The translations under genes and the position numbers were made by a program. Source: the human T2T-CHM13v2.0 reference genome, Homo sapiens. Taken from it: 64,000 nucleotides of DNA. Numbering within the stretch: the first letter of the stretch is position 1; the number at the start of each line of letters is the position of its first letter. Under the pieces are notes generated by a model, which was not told the origin of the DNA, did no database searches, and saw only the letters and a program-made list of their open reading frames with translations. The stretch lies in assembly GCF_009914755.1 (NCBI RefSeq), contig NC_060926.1, one strand, 5' to 3'. Positions 48,101 through 64,000 of the stretch are shown here, one piece after another.

Positions 48101-49578
48101 GATACTTAGTATCTTTAGGGTACATGTGCCATATGAAAATCTTAGGTGATACTGTAGGATGAGTAGTTAGTTAAAACTGATAATCTTTATTTCAGAATCA
48201 CTTTTTCATAAATCTGTTAAACGTAACTTTTCTTTTGAAAATGTACATTTAGCATATGGTTTGCCTCTTTAGTGTGGGTCAGCCTTTCCCATACAGATAA
48301 ACACTTTTTTTCTTTTATAAACAAAAATATAAATCTGGCTATCAGAGTTTTGGTTTGATGTTCTGCCTGTTATGTTAATTTAGAGATTACTGGACTATTA
48401 GGAGTCCATGTAATGAATTTTCTACTCTACTATATAAACTACCATCCTATTTTTATTAGAATAATTTTCCTTAAAAATGAAAATGGATGTTCTGTCCAGA
48501 AGAAGTAGTAATAAAGGGTCATGCTTCTATTCTTGCCACCTCTTCCCCTTATCTCAGCTGCAGGTTTCACTATGCAGCATTATTGTTTTTCTTCATTAAC
48601 CTTAATAGAGGTCTCATGTATTCCCAGGTTATTAGTTTAGTCTGTTAGACCTTCACTCCTTTGAAGTAATGGCTATATTTGCCTCATTTTTAATACGCAG
48701 CACCTAAAGTAATGCCAAAATATAGTAGGCTCTGTGTGTGGAAAAAGGTATACAATAAAGTTCAGAGACTTTTCAAAAAATAAGACAGCATCTTGACAGT
48801 CCTTGTTCTTCCTAATATTGGGAGGAAGAGAGAATAAGGTCATTGCTTTCTGGAGTAACCGTCCAGTGACTCATACAAGCTGAAGTAGAAGCAAAAGAAC
48901 CATAGCTGGTTAACGGTAACTGCAGCAAGTGAAAAAGGGGACATAGTATCCACCATATATTTATTGGAAACCCATATACTGTCTAATTTTTATAAATCAT
49001 TCATTCATTTATAATCGGTGCACTCACTTTTTAAATTCAGGTCTAGATTCATTTCTTTGCCAGTCAATACCCATTTAACCACCAGATCCTAATTTTTTAA
49101 CCTCTTTAATAATAATTACCCTTTTCTCTACATCCAACCCTGTCACTCCCTTACTTTAGATTCTCTTCATCTCTCACCTGGGTTACTGTAACTCCTAACT
49201 TGACTCTCTTCCTCTAGATTTGTCCCTGCTATTCCTTCTTCCTTGCCACTGCTGAAGTAATACTTAAAAATATCATCACAGCACATCTTTGCCTAAATCC
49301 TATAAAATGATGTCCAAACCTCTCAGCATTTAGTTTTCTACCATATAGCACCTGCTTCTCTCTTTAGATTTAAATATCATACCCCCACATCTTTGGTTTT
49401 ACCTCTTCCTCAAGTCTATATGCATATATACACACATAGTCACAGAACACACAGATAAACACATAAATCACAAATTATTATTCTTGTTTCAAGAATTGAT
49501 TAAGAGTTTTTCTCTTTGTGAAGTCTTCATATTTCAGTTCTTGGTCAAAGCCTATTTGAGCCACCTCTTCCTCTGTGA

Positions 49579-49776
<198 letters not shown>

Positions 49777-50494
49777 TAATATTCATATTTATTTGAACCC
49801 AGCTCTCTTTACCCTGTTTGTTATTCTTTCTTTACCCTTAGTGACCACATTTTCCAAAACCAAATGTAGGGACACAGAGCTTAGCAAGTAGCAAAGTACT
49901 TATTAAGAATAATGAGACAAGGTTGGGCATGGTGGCTTAGGCCTGTAATCCCAGCACTTTGGGAGTCCGAGGTGGGTAGATTACTTGAGGTCAGTATGAG
50001 AACAGCCTGGCCAACATGGTGAAAGCCCATCTGTACTGAAAACAACAACAACAACAACAACAACAACAAAAAATGCCAGGCGTGGTGGCAGGCTCCTATA
50101 ATCCTAGCTACTTTGGAGGCTGAGGCAGGAGAATTGCTTTAACCCAGGAAGCGGAGGTTGTGGTGAGCTGAGACCGCACCAGCGCACTCCAGCCTGGGCG
50201 ACAGAGCAAGACTCCATCTCAAAAAAAAAAAAAAGAATAATGAGACAAAGTATATGAAATGGAAATTAACCCTTCATGTTTAGGATGGTCGTAACTGATA
50301 GATGGAACTAACATTTGTCTGGAGCTTTCTCTATGCTAAGTGCTGCAAAGTCCATTATCTTAAAGTGTATTAAAAGCAAGTGGACAATTTATTTTTCAAA
50401 TTTTCTGCAGTTTAAAAATAATAACTTAAGCCGTAACTGAAAAAAGAAATTAAGTTTGGCATGGAAACCCTTAAACGTGTGTGTTTAATTTTAG

Positions 50495-50656
50495 GAAGAT
50501 TTGCAGTCAACTAAAGAAGAGAGATTTCCAGCGATCCACAAGTCGATTGCTATTGGCTCTCAGCCAGTGCTCACTGTTGGGACAACCCACATATCCAAAT
50601 TGACAGATGACCAACTCATAAAAGAGTTTCTTAGTGGTTCTTACTGCTTTCGTGGG
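50495..50656 (+). CDS. ERLEC1: ERLEC1 exon 9
   Basis: TAG|[12 protein letters not shown]...[12 protein letters not shown]|GTGAGA; 162 nt, phase 0-0. Confidence 0.94.
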
Positions 50657-51409
50657 GTGAGAAGTAAATCTTCAGTTTAAATATTTATTTTACAACTTTA
50701 CCTGCCAGGTATGGTCAGTGGGCATCAGCAGCACTGAAAAGAATTTTTCTCTAGAGAAATGACAGGATCCTTTCATCCCCAAAGAACATTTTCTTTTTGC
50801 AGTCTCATACCCCCACGTTTCTGTAATCTAATCCATAGCTTTTATGTTCTGTTTATTTCACAAGGTAAAAATTTGACCTTTTGTCTGGCAATCATATGTG
50901 ATTCTGGTTGATTGCTAGAATGAGCATGTGATTGTATATCCCACATTTTGGTTATGTAGCAATCACATTTCAAACTGGAATTAACATCTCCCTTTAAAAA
51001 AAAAGTTAGAGACAGGGTCTCACTGTGTTACCCAGGCTGATCTCAAACTCCTGGGCTCAAGCAATCATCCTGCCTCAGCCTCCCAAAGTGCTGGGATTAC
51101 AGGCGTGAGCCACCGCACCTGGCCAACATCTCCCTTTACAAAGTTAAAAATTTTGACCCTGACTCTTAGTACTAGTGGGAAATACAGTTACTAGTGGAAT
51201 TTTTGTTTTATTGTATTTAAAATTTTACCAAGACAGTGCATATTCTCTGTATTTGTCTTTAATTTCTCAGTAATGTTTTCTTTTAATATTCAACCATACT
51301 ATTGCTTTTACAGGTTTTAAAAATAACATGTATTTCCATTACTGTCATGTGGCATTATTGAGAAAGGCCCAGTTCTTAACTTGATCTAATATGTTTTCTT
51401 TTTTTTTAG

Positions 51410-51469
51410 GGTGTCGGTTGGTGGAAATATGAATTCTGCTATGGCAAACATGTACATCAATACCATGAG
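51410..51469 (+). CDS. ERLEC1: ERLEC1 exon 10 (MRH domain 2)
   Basis: TAG|GVGWWKYEFCYGKHVHQYHE|GTATAG; 60 nt. Confidence 0.95.
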
Positions 51470-51839
51470 GTATAGAATAGCATTTATATATCATTCTACC
51501 ACTAGATGGTTTAAAGTTTAAGAATCTGTTGTAGAAAAAAAGGGGGAATGGTATAACTTTTAATTATGAGATGATTTTAATATGATTAGTATAATCAAAG
51601 TATCTCCAAATTTTGGAAAATGGAACATTTGGCATTAACCAAATCGGTAACCTTAAAGTGATATTGCTTATTAATTACTCATATGCTTCTATTACTATGA
51701 GCCTAGTAGAATAATGAGCTGTTGTGGCTATACCTCTTTTGCTTTGATCAAGAAATTAATCATTCTTACAACTTATCCTTAAATTAAGAAAATGAATTAG
51801 CCGGGAGTGGTGCCGCATGCCTGGAATCCTAGCTACTCA

Positions 51840-52121
<282 letters not shown>

Positions 52122-52140
52122 CTATAATTCCATCTACTCA

Positions 52141-52308
<168 letters not shown>

Positions 52309-52361
52309 TCATACATTATCACTAGGGTTACAAAAATTGGGTAAATACAGCAAGTTTCTCA

Positions 52362-52544
<183 letters not shown>

Positions 52545-54057
52545 CTAAGTTTAAAATAAGTTTTAAGATTATACTTTTTGAGTTCTTTTATTTATAATTT
52601 TATAACTCACCGTATTCTCCCATACTTGAGCCAGCCTGCTTAAATTCTGAGGTTCAAGTTCCAATTCTGTTATTTGTCCTACTTATACTTTGTTTAGTAA
52701 AGTAAGCTGCTAGGTATTGAAGACAAGCTTTAATTAATGAATATGGACCTAGCTGCTTTAAAAGGCCATTTTCGTTATCTAAAAAAGAAAATAATACCCA
52801 AAATAGAAAAGTGTATATTTGCCCACTCATAATGTTTTGAACTGATCTCAGATTCCAAGATAGATCATACTGGGACAGACTGTCAATTCACCTTCCACAT
52901 TTAAATCTTCCAAAATGAATGAGGCATCCATAGACTAGGATGTGTTCGGTTTTTTTGTTTTGTTTTGTTTTGTTTTTCACTTAAACCTGAGAGGTTTCAT
53001 TTAAGTATTCTTTCCATTTATTCCTGCTACTTTGCAGATGTTTGTTTTTTTAATAACAATACAGAAAAAGGATAAAGTACCATTGAACTACAACCCTTAT
53101 AATACCTGATGAGTTTCTTAAAGAAATGTATGCCAGAAATTTTAAATGAGAAGTATCTGTCTCCTCTGCCATCATACCACTTCTCAAAAAAGTTTAACTA
53201 CTGTTAACATTTTCATAGCCTGCCACAAGAAAAAAAATGCATATATATAGATCTTGGTATAACTTTTTTATTTATAGGGAAGGTATCATGCACTGCTCTG
53301 CCACTTGTTCTTTTCACTTAGTATCTTGGAGATTGCTCCACGTCAGCAACAATCGATTTCATTCTTTTCAGCAGATACAGAGGATTATGTCTGTACCACA
53401 GTGTATTTAACCAGACCAGACCTCTGCTAATGGACCTTTAAGTTGTTTCCAGTTTTTGCTGTGATATGTTTTAGTGAACATTTTTAAATAGTTCTGTTGG
53501 TATACTTTTGTAAGTATATTCATAAGGGACATTTCTATTAACATACTTCCTTGGTCAAAGTATCTGCATACTGGAAAATTGCCTTCCAGAGTTAGACCAG
53601 TTTACACTCCCATAAACAGTGGCTACATTCCTATACACTTGCCAACACTAGGTTTTACCAAACGTATTTTAGCCAAGGTTGCATAACCTGGAACTTTCTA
53701 GGGAACTCTGTTAGGTGTTTAGAGAGATACTAAAAATAATAGTAATTAGCAAAAAGGGTGCTTACTGTATGCTAGGCACTATGTACTTTACACGTATTAA
53801 TTCTTTTAATATTCATAACAACCTTAAGAAGTGGTTATTGTTATTCCAAGATGAGGAAATAGAAACAAAGGTTCAATAACTTGCCTAAAGTCAAATAGGT
53901 AGTAACTGGGGAAACTGGAATTCCAACCGAGGCAGTCTGGCTCCATATCCAACCTCTTAAAACACTTCACTTTGCTGCTCTAATTTCTGCCTATCCAGGA
54001 ACTTAATCTAGTTGCTAAAAACAAATGTTGTTAGCTATCTCTTACATTAGGCACTAA

Positions 54058-54287
<230 letters not shown>

Positions 54288-55140
54288 TAGTAGAGTAGCT
54301 TCTACATGTTGGTCAGGCCGGTCTCGAACTCCCGACCTCAGGTGATTTCGCCCACCTCAGCCTCCCAAAATGGTGGGATTACAAGTGTGAGCCTCCGCGC
54401 CCCAGCCAGGGGTTTTTAATTCTACTAACCAGATATCTATTAGTGCCCAGCATGGTTGTCTGGCATACACTATGAAGAAAGAAACCAAAGGAATGCAAGG
54501 AGGTAGGAAGGATAAGGAAGAAGAAAGAAGGAAGGATTTCCACATATAAGACAGTATATAGTTAGTGTTTAAAAAATAATAAAAGCAGAATGGGAAAAGG
54601 GGTTTCTGGACAGACAGTTCCAATAGAGAAATAAGTATGGTACCAAATGAATAGTGTAAAGATCAGTATAACATTGCGTAGGATGAAGTCAGGCTGCAGT
54701 GGAAGAGATAGAGGCCAAAGATGCAATTAAGAATTGCAGTAGTATGTGATAGTATTATCTAGGTATGAGAGATTAAACTCTTGGTTGTGGGGTGAGTTGC
54801 TGGCAGTGAAAAAGTAGAGGAAGAGTCTAAAGCTGAAAAATATCCAGGAAAGAACTGATGGGACTTACCTGTAGAAGAGAAAAAGAGATAGAAGAGCCGA
54901 AAATAACTACATTTAGAGCTAGCCTTACTAAAAATTAGTTATGTTATTCAGAGAAACAAGGAATAAAGAAGATAATGTGCTTAAATTTCCACTCATTGAA
55001 TTTGACTGACATCATTACACCTAAATATAGATATCCACTGTGCAGATAAAGACTAGCTTACAAGAAGGTCAGGTCATCAGCATAAATATCTACTTGATGA
55101 TATCAAGCACGCATTATCACAAATTTTTTTCCCATATTAG

Positions 55141-55265
55141 GACAAGGATAGTGGGAAAACCTCTGTGGTTGTCGGGACATGGAACCAAGAAGAGCATATT
55201 GAATGGGCTAAGAAGAATACTGCTAGAGCTTATCATCTTCAAGACGATGGTACCCAGACAGTCAG
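55141..55265 (+). CDS. ERLEC1: ERLEC1 exon 11
   Basis: TAG|[26 protein letters not shown]...DGTQTV+AG|GTAAAG; 125 nt. Confidence 0.95.
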
Positions 55266-55983
55266 GTAAAGATTCACTTTACTTGCCTTTGGAGCTAATT
55301 ACTACAATTTCTAAAACTCAAAATATTGAAAAACATAAAAATTCAAACATTTAAGTAAAATCCCTGTTTAGTTTTTTTCAAGGGATATCTTTTAGGTTAG
55401 TTTTCTTTTCTTAGGGAAGCAACACAGTGTAATAGTTCAGAGCACAGTCCCTGGAGTCAGACTACCTGGATTCAAATGCTGGCTCATCACTTCCTACCTT
55501 GGAGAAATTACATCATCTTTTTTATCTCTCACTTTTGTTGTGTAATGGTATTTGCCTCATATGATTATTGTGTCATTTAAGAGGTAATTTATGTAAAGGA
55601 GAATGCCTGGCAATAGCATGCAATAAACCTGGGCTGCCACCCATAACAGTGGGGGTGATAACATTAATGAGAGTGGCAGTGGTGTTAGTAACTGGCTCAA
55701 TTCTGTCAGAACTGAGGGTGTTTTTTAAAAACTACCTCACATCTCTTTTAGGATATATGAGTATACCTTGTCAAAACACCAGTAAGTTAATCTCATTTCC
55801 CAAGAATAACTACGCATTAGCTTTTCTTGCAGACTCTTAACTCAGTATGTTTTCAATTATTCCTTCTTGTTCCTTCTTGGGTATTACCTTTTCCTTCCTA
55901 AAACAGATGATTTGGATTGTTTTCAGAGTGTACTGACTTTTCGGGCTGATAAAAGTCAAAGTCAGCCAAATTAAAACATAGAC

Positions 55984-56134
55984 TTTTTTTTTTTTAATAC
56001 TTTAAGTTTTAGGGTACATGTGCACAATGTGCAGGTTAGTTACATATGTATACATGTGCCATGCTGGTGTGCTGCACCCATTAACTCATCATTTAGCATT
56101 AGGTATATCTCCTAAAGCTATCTTCCCCCCTCCC
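55984..56134 (-). mobile_element. Young L1PA (PA2/PA3-like) 150-nt 3' terminal fragment
   Basis: Poly-T, then ATACTTTAAGTTTTAGGGTACATGTGCACAATGTGCAGGTTAGTTACATATGTATACATGTGCCATGCTGG. Confidence 0.88.
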
Positions 56135-56734
56135 ACAGACATTTAATTATTGTACTAAACAAATTGATTTTTCTTATCCTTGTAGGTATATGTTTTATGT
56201 GAAAACAGTTTGTGGTATCATGTACAATATATGTTGAAGAATGAGTGTTAGACTGGTAAAATGAAGCTTTTCTTTGGATCCTGCTCATTTGAGATTGACA
56301 GTTTGGCCTAGGCTTTGTCTTCTATACTACAGTGCCTAACGAACAGTATTTTAATGGGAGTAGCTTGATGGAGGACGGAAGCAAAGAACTGTTTTACAAA
56401 ACAATATAGTGGGCTAGGGAAATTGATAACTTTAAAACAATTTTTTTAAAGGAATCTAACCAAAATTATTTGTATACAAATAAATAATATGCAAGTTGAA
56501 AATAATTATTAACTAAGCCAGTATGAAGTATCTCTTATATTCTCTTTATAGAATCCAAGAGAATGCCTCTGTGAGATAACCCTAAAAATATTTTTTTAAA
56601 GAATATTTTATAGTCAGGTTTTTTTTTAACTAATGCAAAACTGATCCCTCTAACCATCTTCTCACCCTACCCATTACAATTATTCTATTAGTGAGATTTT
56701 AGTTTAATAAAACTTGTGTGTTTCTCTGATTCAG

Positions 56735-56812
56735 GATGGTGTCACATTTTTATGGAAATGGAGATATTTGTGATATAACTGACAAACCAAGACAGGTGAC
56801 TGTAAAACTAAA
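56735..56812 (+). CDS. ERLEC1: ERLEC1 exon 12
   Basis: CAG|G+MVSHFYGNGDICDITDKPRQVTVKL+AA|GTAAGT; 78 nt. Confidence 0.95.
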
Positions 56813-57051
56813 GTAAGTTAGACCATCAAATCATGCTGTATGCCTTTGTCTTTTAACTGCTTCCTATGGACAAAAGTTTTATGTAAACAGTATAATTATG
56901 AATAATTATGAAAGTATACCATTTAAATTATTGATAAAATTATATTAAATCATACAGGGTCCACTTGAGTGGGATTTTTAAGAGTACAGTTATTAACAGT
57001 GATCTTACTTTAAATGATTTGGACAGTACCTTAAAGTTCTCTCTGTTTTAG

Positions 57052-57127
57052 GTGCAAAGAATCAGATTCACCTCATGCTGTTACTGTATATATGCTAGAG
57101 CCTCACTCCTGTCAATATATTCTTGGG
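57052..57127 (+). CDS. ERLEC1: ERLEC1 exon 13
   Basis: TAG|G+[25 protein letters not shown]|GTAAGT; 76 nt. Confidence 0.95.
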
Positions 57128-57136
57128 GTAAGTTAA

Positions 57137-59620
<2,484 letters not shown>

Positions 59621-60085
59621 TCCACTTGGTTCTTTTTTATCTCTACTGAAATTTCCTATCTGGTCATACATGTTTTCTTCATCATGTTTAGTATAATTAT
59701 TATAACATTTGATAATTTCAACATCTGTTCCATCTTTGGGTTACATTTTTCTTTACCTTTCATTTTAAATACACTTAATTATTTTGCCATAATGTTCTAT
59801 CATTTTTGTTGTATAAGAGCTATGTGTTCCTCTCTTACTCCTGTCCTTTGTTCCTTTTCCCTCCCCCGCTTGTTTAAAAATATTTTCTCCACCTATCTCA
59901 TATTCTGTATGGATGACTAAAAGTTGTTTTTCAAGAAGCTTAATTTGTAGAAATAATGTTGGATGTTTATCTAAAACAAGGACTCATGCTTCTAGCAAAT
60001 ATAACTACATGTATCCATTCAGCAGAATAGTACTGAAAAGTATTCAGCTTAGCAACTTTTTAATGGCTTTGTTGTTCTTCTTTAG

Positions 60086-60157
60086 GTTGAATCTCCAGTG
60101 ATCTGTAAAATCTTAGATACAGCAGATGAAAATGGACTTCTTTCTCTCCCCAACTAA
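60086..60157 (+). CDS. ERLEC1: ERLEC1 exon 14 (terminal coding part)
   Basis: TAG|VESPVICKILDTADENGLLSLPN*. All 14 exons sum to 1452 nt = 483 aa plus stop. Confidence 0.96.
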   Translation, partial: VESPVICKILDTADENGLLSLPN

Positions 60158-60418
60158 AGGATATTAAAGTTAGGGGAAAGAAAAGATCATTGAAAGTCAT
60201 GATAATTTCTGTCCCACTGTGTCTCATTATAGAGTTCTCAGCCATTGGACCTCTTCTAAAGGATGGTATAAAATGACTCTCAACCACTTTGTGAATACAT
60301 ATGTGTATATAAGAGGTTATTGATAAACTTCTGAGGCAGACATTTGTCTCGCTTTTTTTCATTTTTGTTGTGTCTTATAAACTGACTGTTTTTCTTTGCT
60401 TGGATACTGTGATTCCAA

Positions 60419-60971
60419 AATAAATCTCATCCAAGCAAGTTAGAGTCCAGCCTAATCAAATGTCATAATTGTTGTACCTATTGAAAGTTTTTAAATAATA
60501 GATTTATTATGTAAATTATAGTATATGTAAGTAGCTAATGAAGTAAAGATCATGAAGAAAGAAATTGATAGGTGTAAATGAGAGACCATGTAAAATATGT
60601 AAATTCTAGTACCTGAAATCCTTTCAACAGATTTTTATATAGCAACTGCTCTCTGCAAGTAGTTAAACTAGAAACTGGGCACATGGTAGAGGCTCACATG
60701 GGAGTTGTCCTCACCCTTGTTAATCTCAAGAAACTCTTATTTATAATAGGTTGCTTCTCTCTCAGAACTTTTATCTATTACTTTTTTCTTCTTATGAGTA
60801 TGTTTACTCTCAGAGTATCTATCTGATGTAGACAGTTGGTGATGCTTCTGAGACTCAGAATGGTTTACTCTAACAAAACACTGTGCTGTCTATCCCTTGT
60901 ACTTGCCTACTGTAATATGGATTTCACTTCTGAACAGTTTACAGCACAATATTTATTTTAAAGTGAATAAA
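60419..60971 (+). terminator. Candidate ERLEC1 polyadenylation signals
   Basis: AATAAA at 60419-60424 and at 60966-60971; the latter is followed by GT-rich sequence. Confidence 0.7.
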
Positions 60972-61404
60972 ATGTCCACAAGCAGTGTTGTCATGTAGTC
61001 AATGGCAGATTATTAAATTTCTTTATTTTTTTCATTATCCTGTTGTACACATTTTAAACATACATATCTGAACAAGAACAGAAAAGGGCCATAAAAGTCT
61101 TTTCCTCCTTTTTAGTAGTTCTGGCCAAAGACAGTTTAAGAAAAGGCTAATATAATTGACTCTTTTAGGGTTATTTATAGATTTTAGTAGGAAGCAGCAC
61201 ATAGAGAAAGAGCATGAACTTTGAATTCAGACCTAGGTCAAAATCCTTTTTTTTTCTCTCTCTCTCTCTACCCAGAGATGGGGCTGCTCAGGCTGCTCTG
61301 AACCCCTGGGCTCAAGCAGTTTTCCCACCTCAGCCTCCCAAATAGCTGGGACTACCAGGCACACACCAACAAGACCAGTGCAAAATCCTGTCTTTAACTT
61401 ACTG

Positions 61405-62254
61405 TGTACAAGATAGGAAAAACCAAACACTTATACCCAATACAGCACAGAACACGAGGTCACCAAAATGTGTGGTTTTTCTTCCTCACGCCAGCCAATT
61501 TTCTGACACCAGCTGGGTGTCCTACAATTCAGTTCAATTCTGATACTCGTCTACTTGGAGTTGACAGCAGACCCCACAAGTAAAGGGCTCAGTTGCACAA
61601 CACTGCTTCCACTTACTTCAGATGCCAATTGCAAGTCTGGGCATCTAGTACTTTTGACCAACCAGCTATAAATCAGGGGTTCCATGACTCCCTTCTCGGG
61701 TTTAATAATTTGCTGGAATGCCTCACAGAATTAAAGGAAACACTTTACTTATGTTTACCAGTTTATCATAAAGGATACAACTCAGGAATGGCCAGATGGA
61801 AGAGCTGCATAAGGCAAGGTATGGCGGGGGTGGGAGGCAAGGGGGTGCCTGCAGACCTTCTAGGCTTCCTCTGGGCGTGCCACTCTCCCAGCACTAGGTT
61901 CGGGAACCTAGAAGCTCATCAGATCCCAAGAGAGTTTATAGAGTTTGATTTTCAGATCCCCCTCCCCCTTTCTTTCCCCGAGGTCAGTAGGTGGGGCTGA
62001 AAGTTCCAACCAGCTATCAATCACTTGGTCTTTGTAGTGAGCAGCCCCATCCTGAGGCTATCTAGGGGCTCCACCTCAGTAACCTCATTAGCATAAACTC
62101 TATCCAGCATAAATTATATGCAGATAGAGATAGGGTGATCAAAAAGGGCTCCTTAAAAGTAACAAGACACTCCCATTACCTGGGAAGTTCCTAAGGTTTT
62201 AGGAACCCTGTGTCAAGAACCTGAGACAAACACGAAATTTCTTACTATACCGCA
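61405..62254 (-). mobile_element. MER21-family LTR
   Basis: GACACCAGCTGGGTGTCCTACAATTCAGTTCAATTCTGA, GCCAGATGGAAGAG, GGGGCTGAAAGTTCCAACC and CTCATTAGCATAAACTC blocks. Confidence 0.82.
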
Positions 62255-62469
62255 TACTAGCTGTGTGATCCTAGACATGTCAGCGAACGTCTTTGAGCCT
62301 CTCTTCCTCTTTTGTGGAGAGAATACTTACTTCATAAAATGGTTGTATCAGTGAATGAATTTTACTGTGTGTAAAAAGTCTTGTCCAATACTTGATACCA
62401 GTATGTTAACTTCCTTTTATTGCGTCTGTCTCCTGTTAAGAAGATCAAAGATCAAAGCCATTAAAATAC

Positions 62470-63766
<1,297 letters not shown>

Positions 63767-64000
63767 AACCAGGTTCTTAAGACAGGGCCTAAGAATCTGT
63801 ATTTTAAATAAACATAGCAAGTGATTCTCTTTGTTAAATAAATTCTCCAGTGATTGAGAATTGCTGATGGGGACTTCACTAACTACTAGCCCTCCTGTCT
63901 CCAGGTGAGGGTTTCAGGGAAATAATTAGTAGTTCATCTTTACAAGAAGGTTGTGACATGGAAACTTTTGTTGGGGTTTTGTTTTTGTTTCTTTTCTGCT

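Noticed and set aside
60130-60157. ER-retention signal at the ERLEC1 C-terminus
   Set aside because: The protein ends LLSLPN with no KDEL-like motif; this is already known for XTP3-B and is not a mutation.
61593-62000. 135-codon ORF
   Set aside because: Lies wholly inside the MER21 LTR, with a TTG start.

Overview
Human (primate) genomic DNA; the gene content matches the ASB3 / CHAC2 / ERLEC1 locus (2p16.2 by recall). The window holds the complete 3-exon CHAC2 CDS (+, 184 aa), nested antisense inside ASB3 intron 1. It also holds the first two exons of ASB3 (-) and the complete 14-exon ERLEC1/XTP3-B CDS (+, 483 aa, one GC-AG intron), which sits head-to-head with ASB3 on a shared CpG island. 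Bases 1-3667 are an internally deleted HERV-W processed pseudogene (U3-R plus poly-A) inserted into an MLT2 LTR. The rest is dense in Alu, L1, L2/MIR, LTR and DNA-transposon relics; repeat boundaries are approximate and family names come from memory of consensus sequences. I see no CRISPR array, tRNA or rRNA, and no clearly new multi-gene system. The best leads for undescribed biology are: (1) an ATG-initiated antisense ORF at the CHAC2 promoter whose donor splices in frame onto ASB3 exon 2; (2) a 5'UTR repeat tract complementary to the ERLEC1 start-codon region; (3) tandem donors on ASB3 exon 1 that switch the upstream frame; (4) a variant HERV-W leader containing pol relics.
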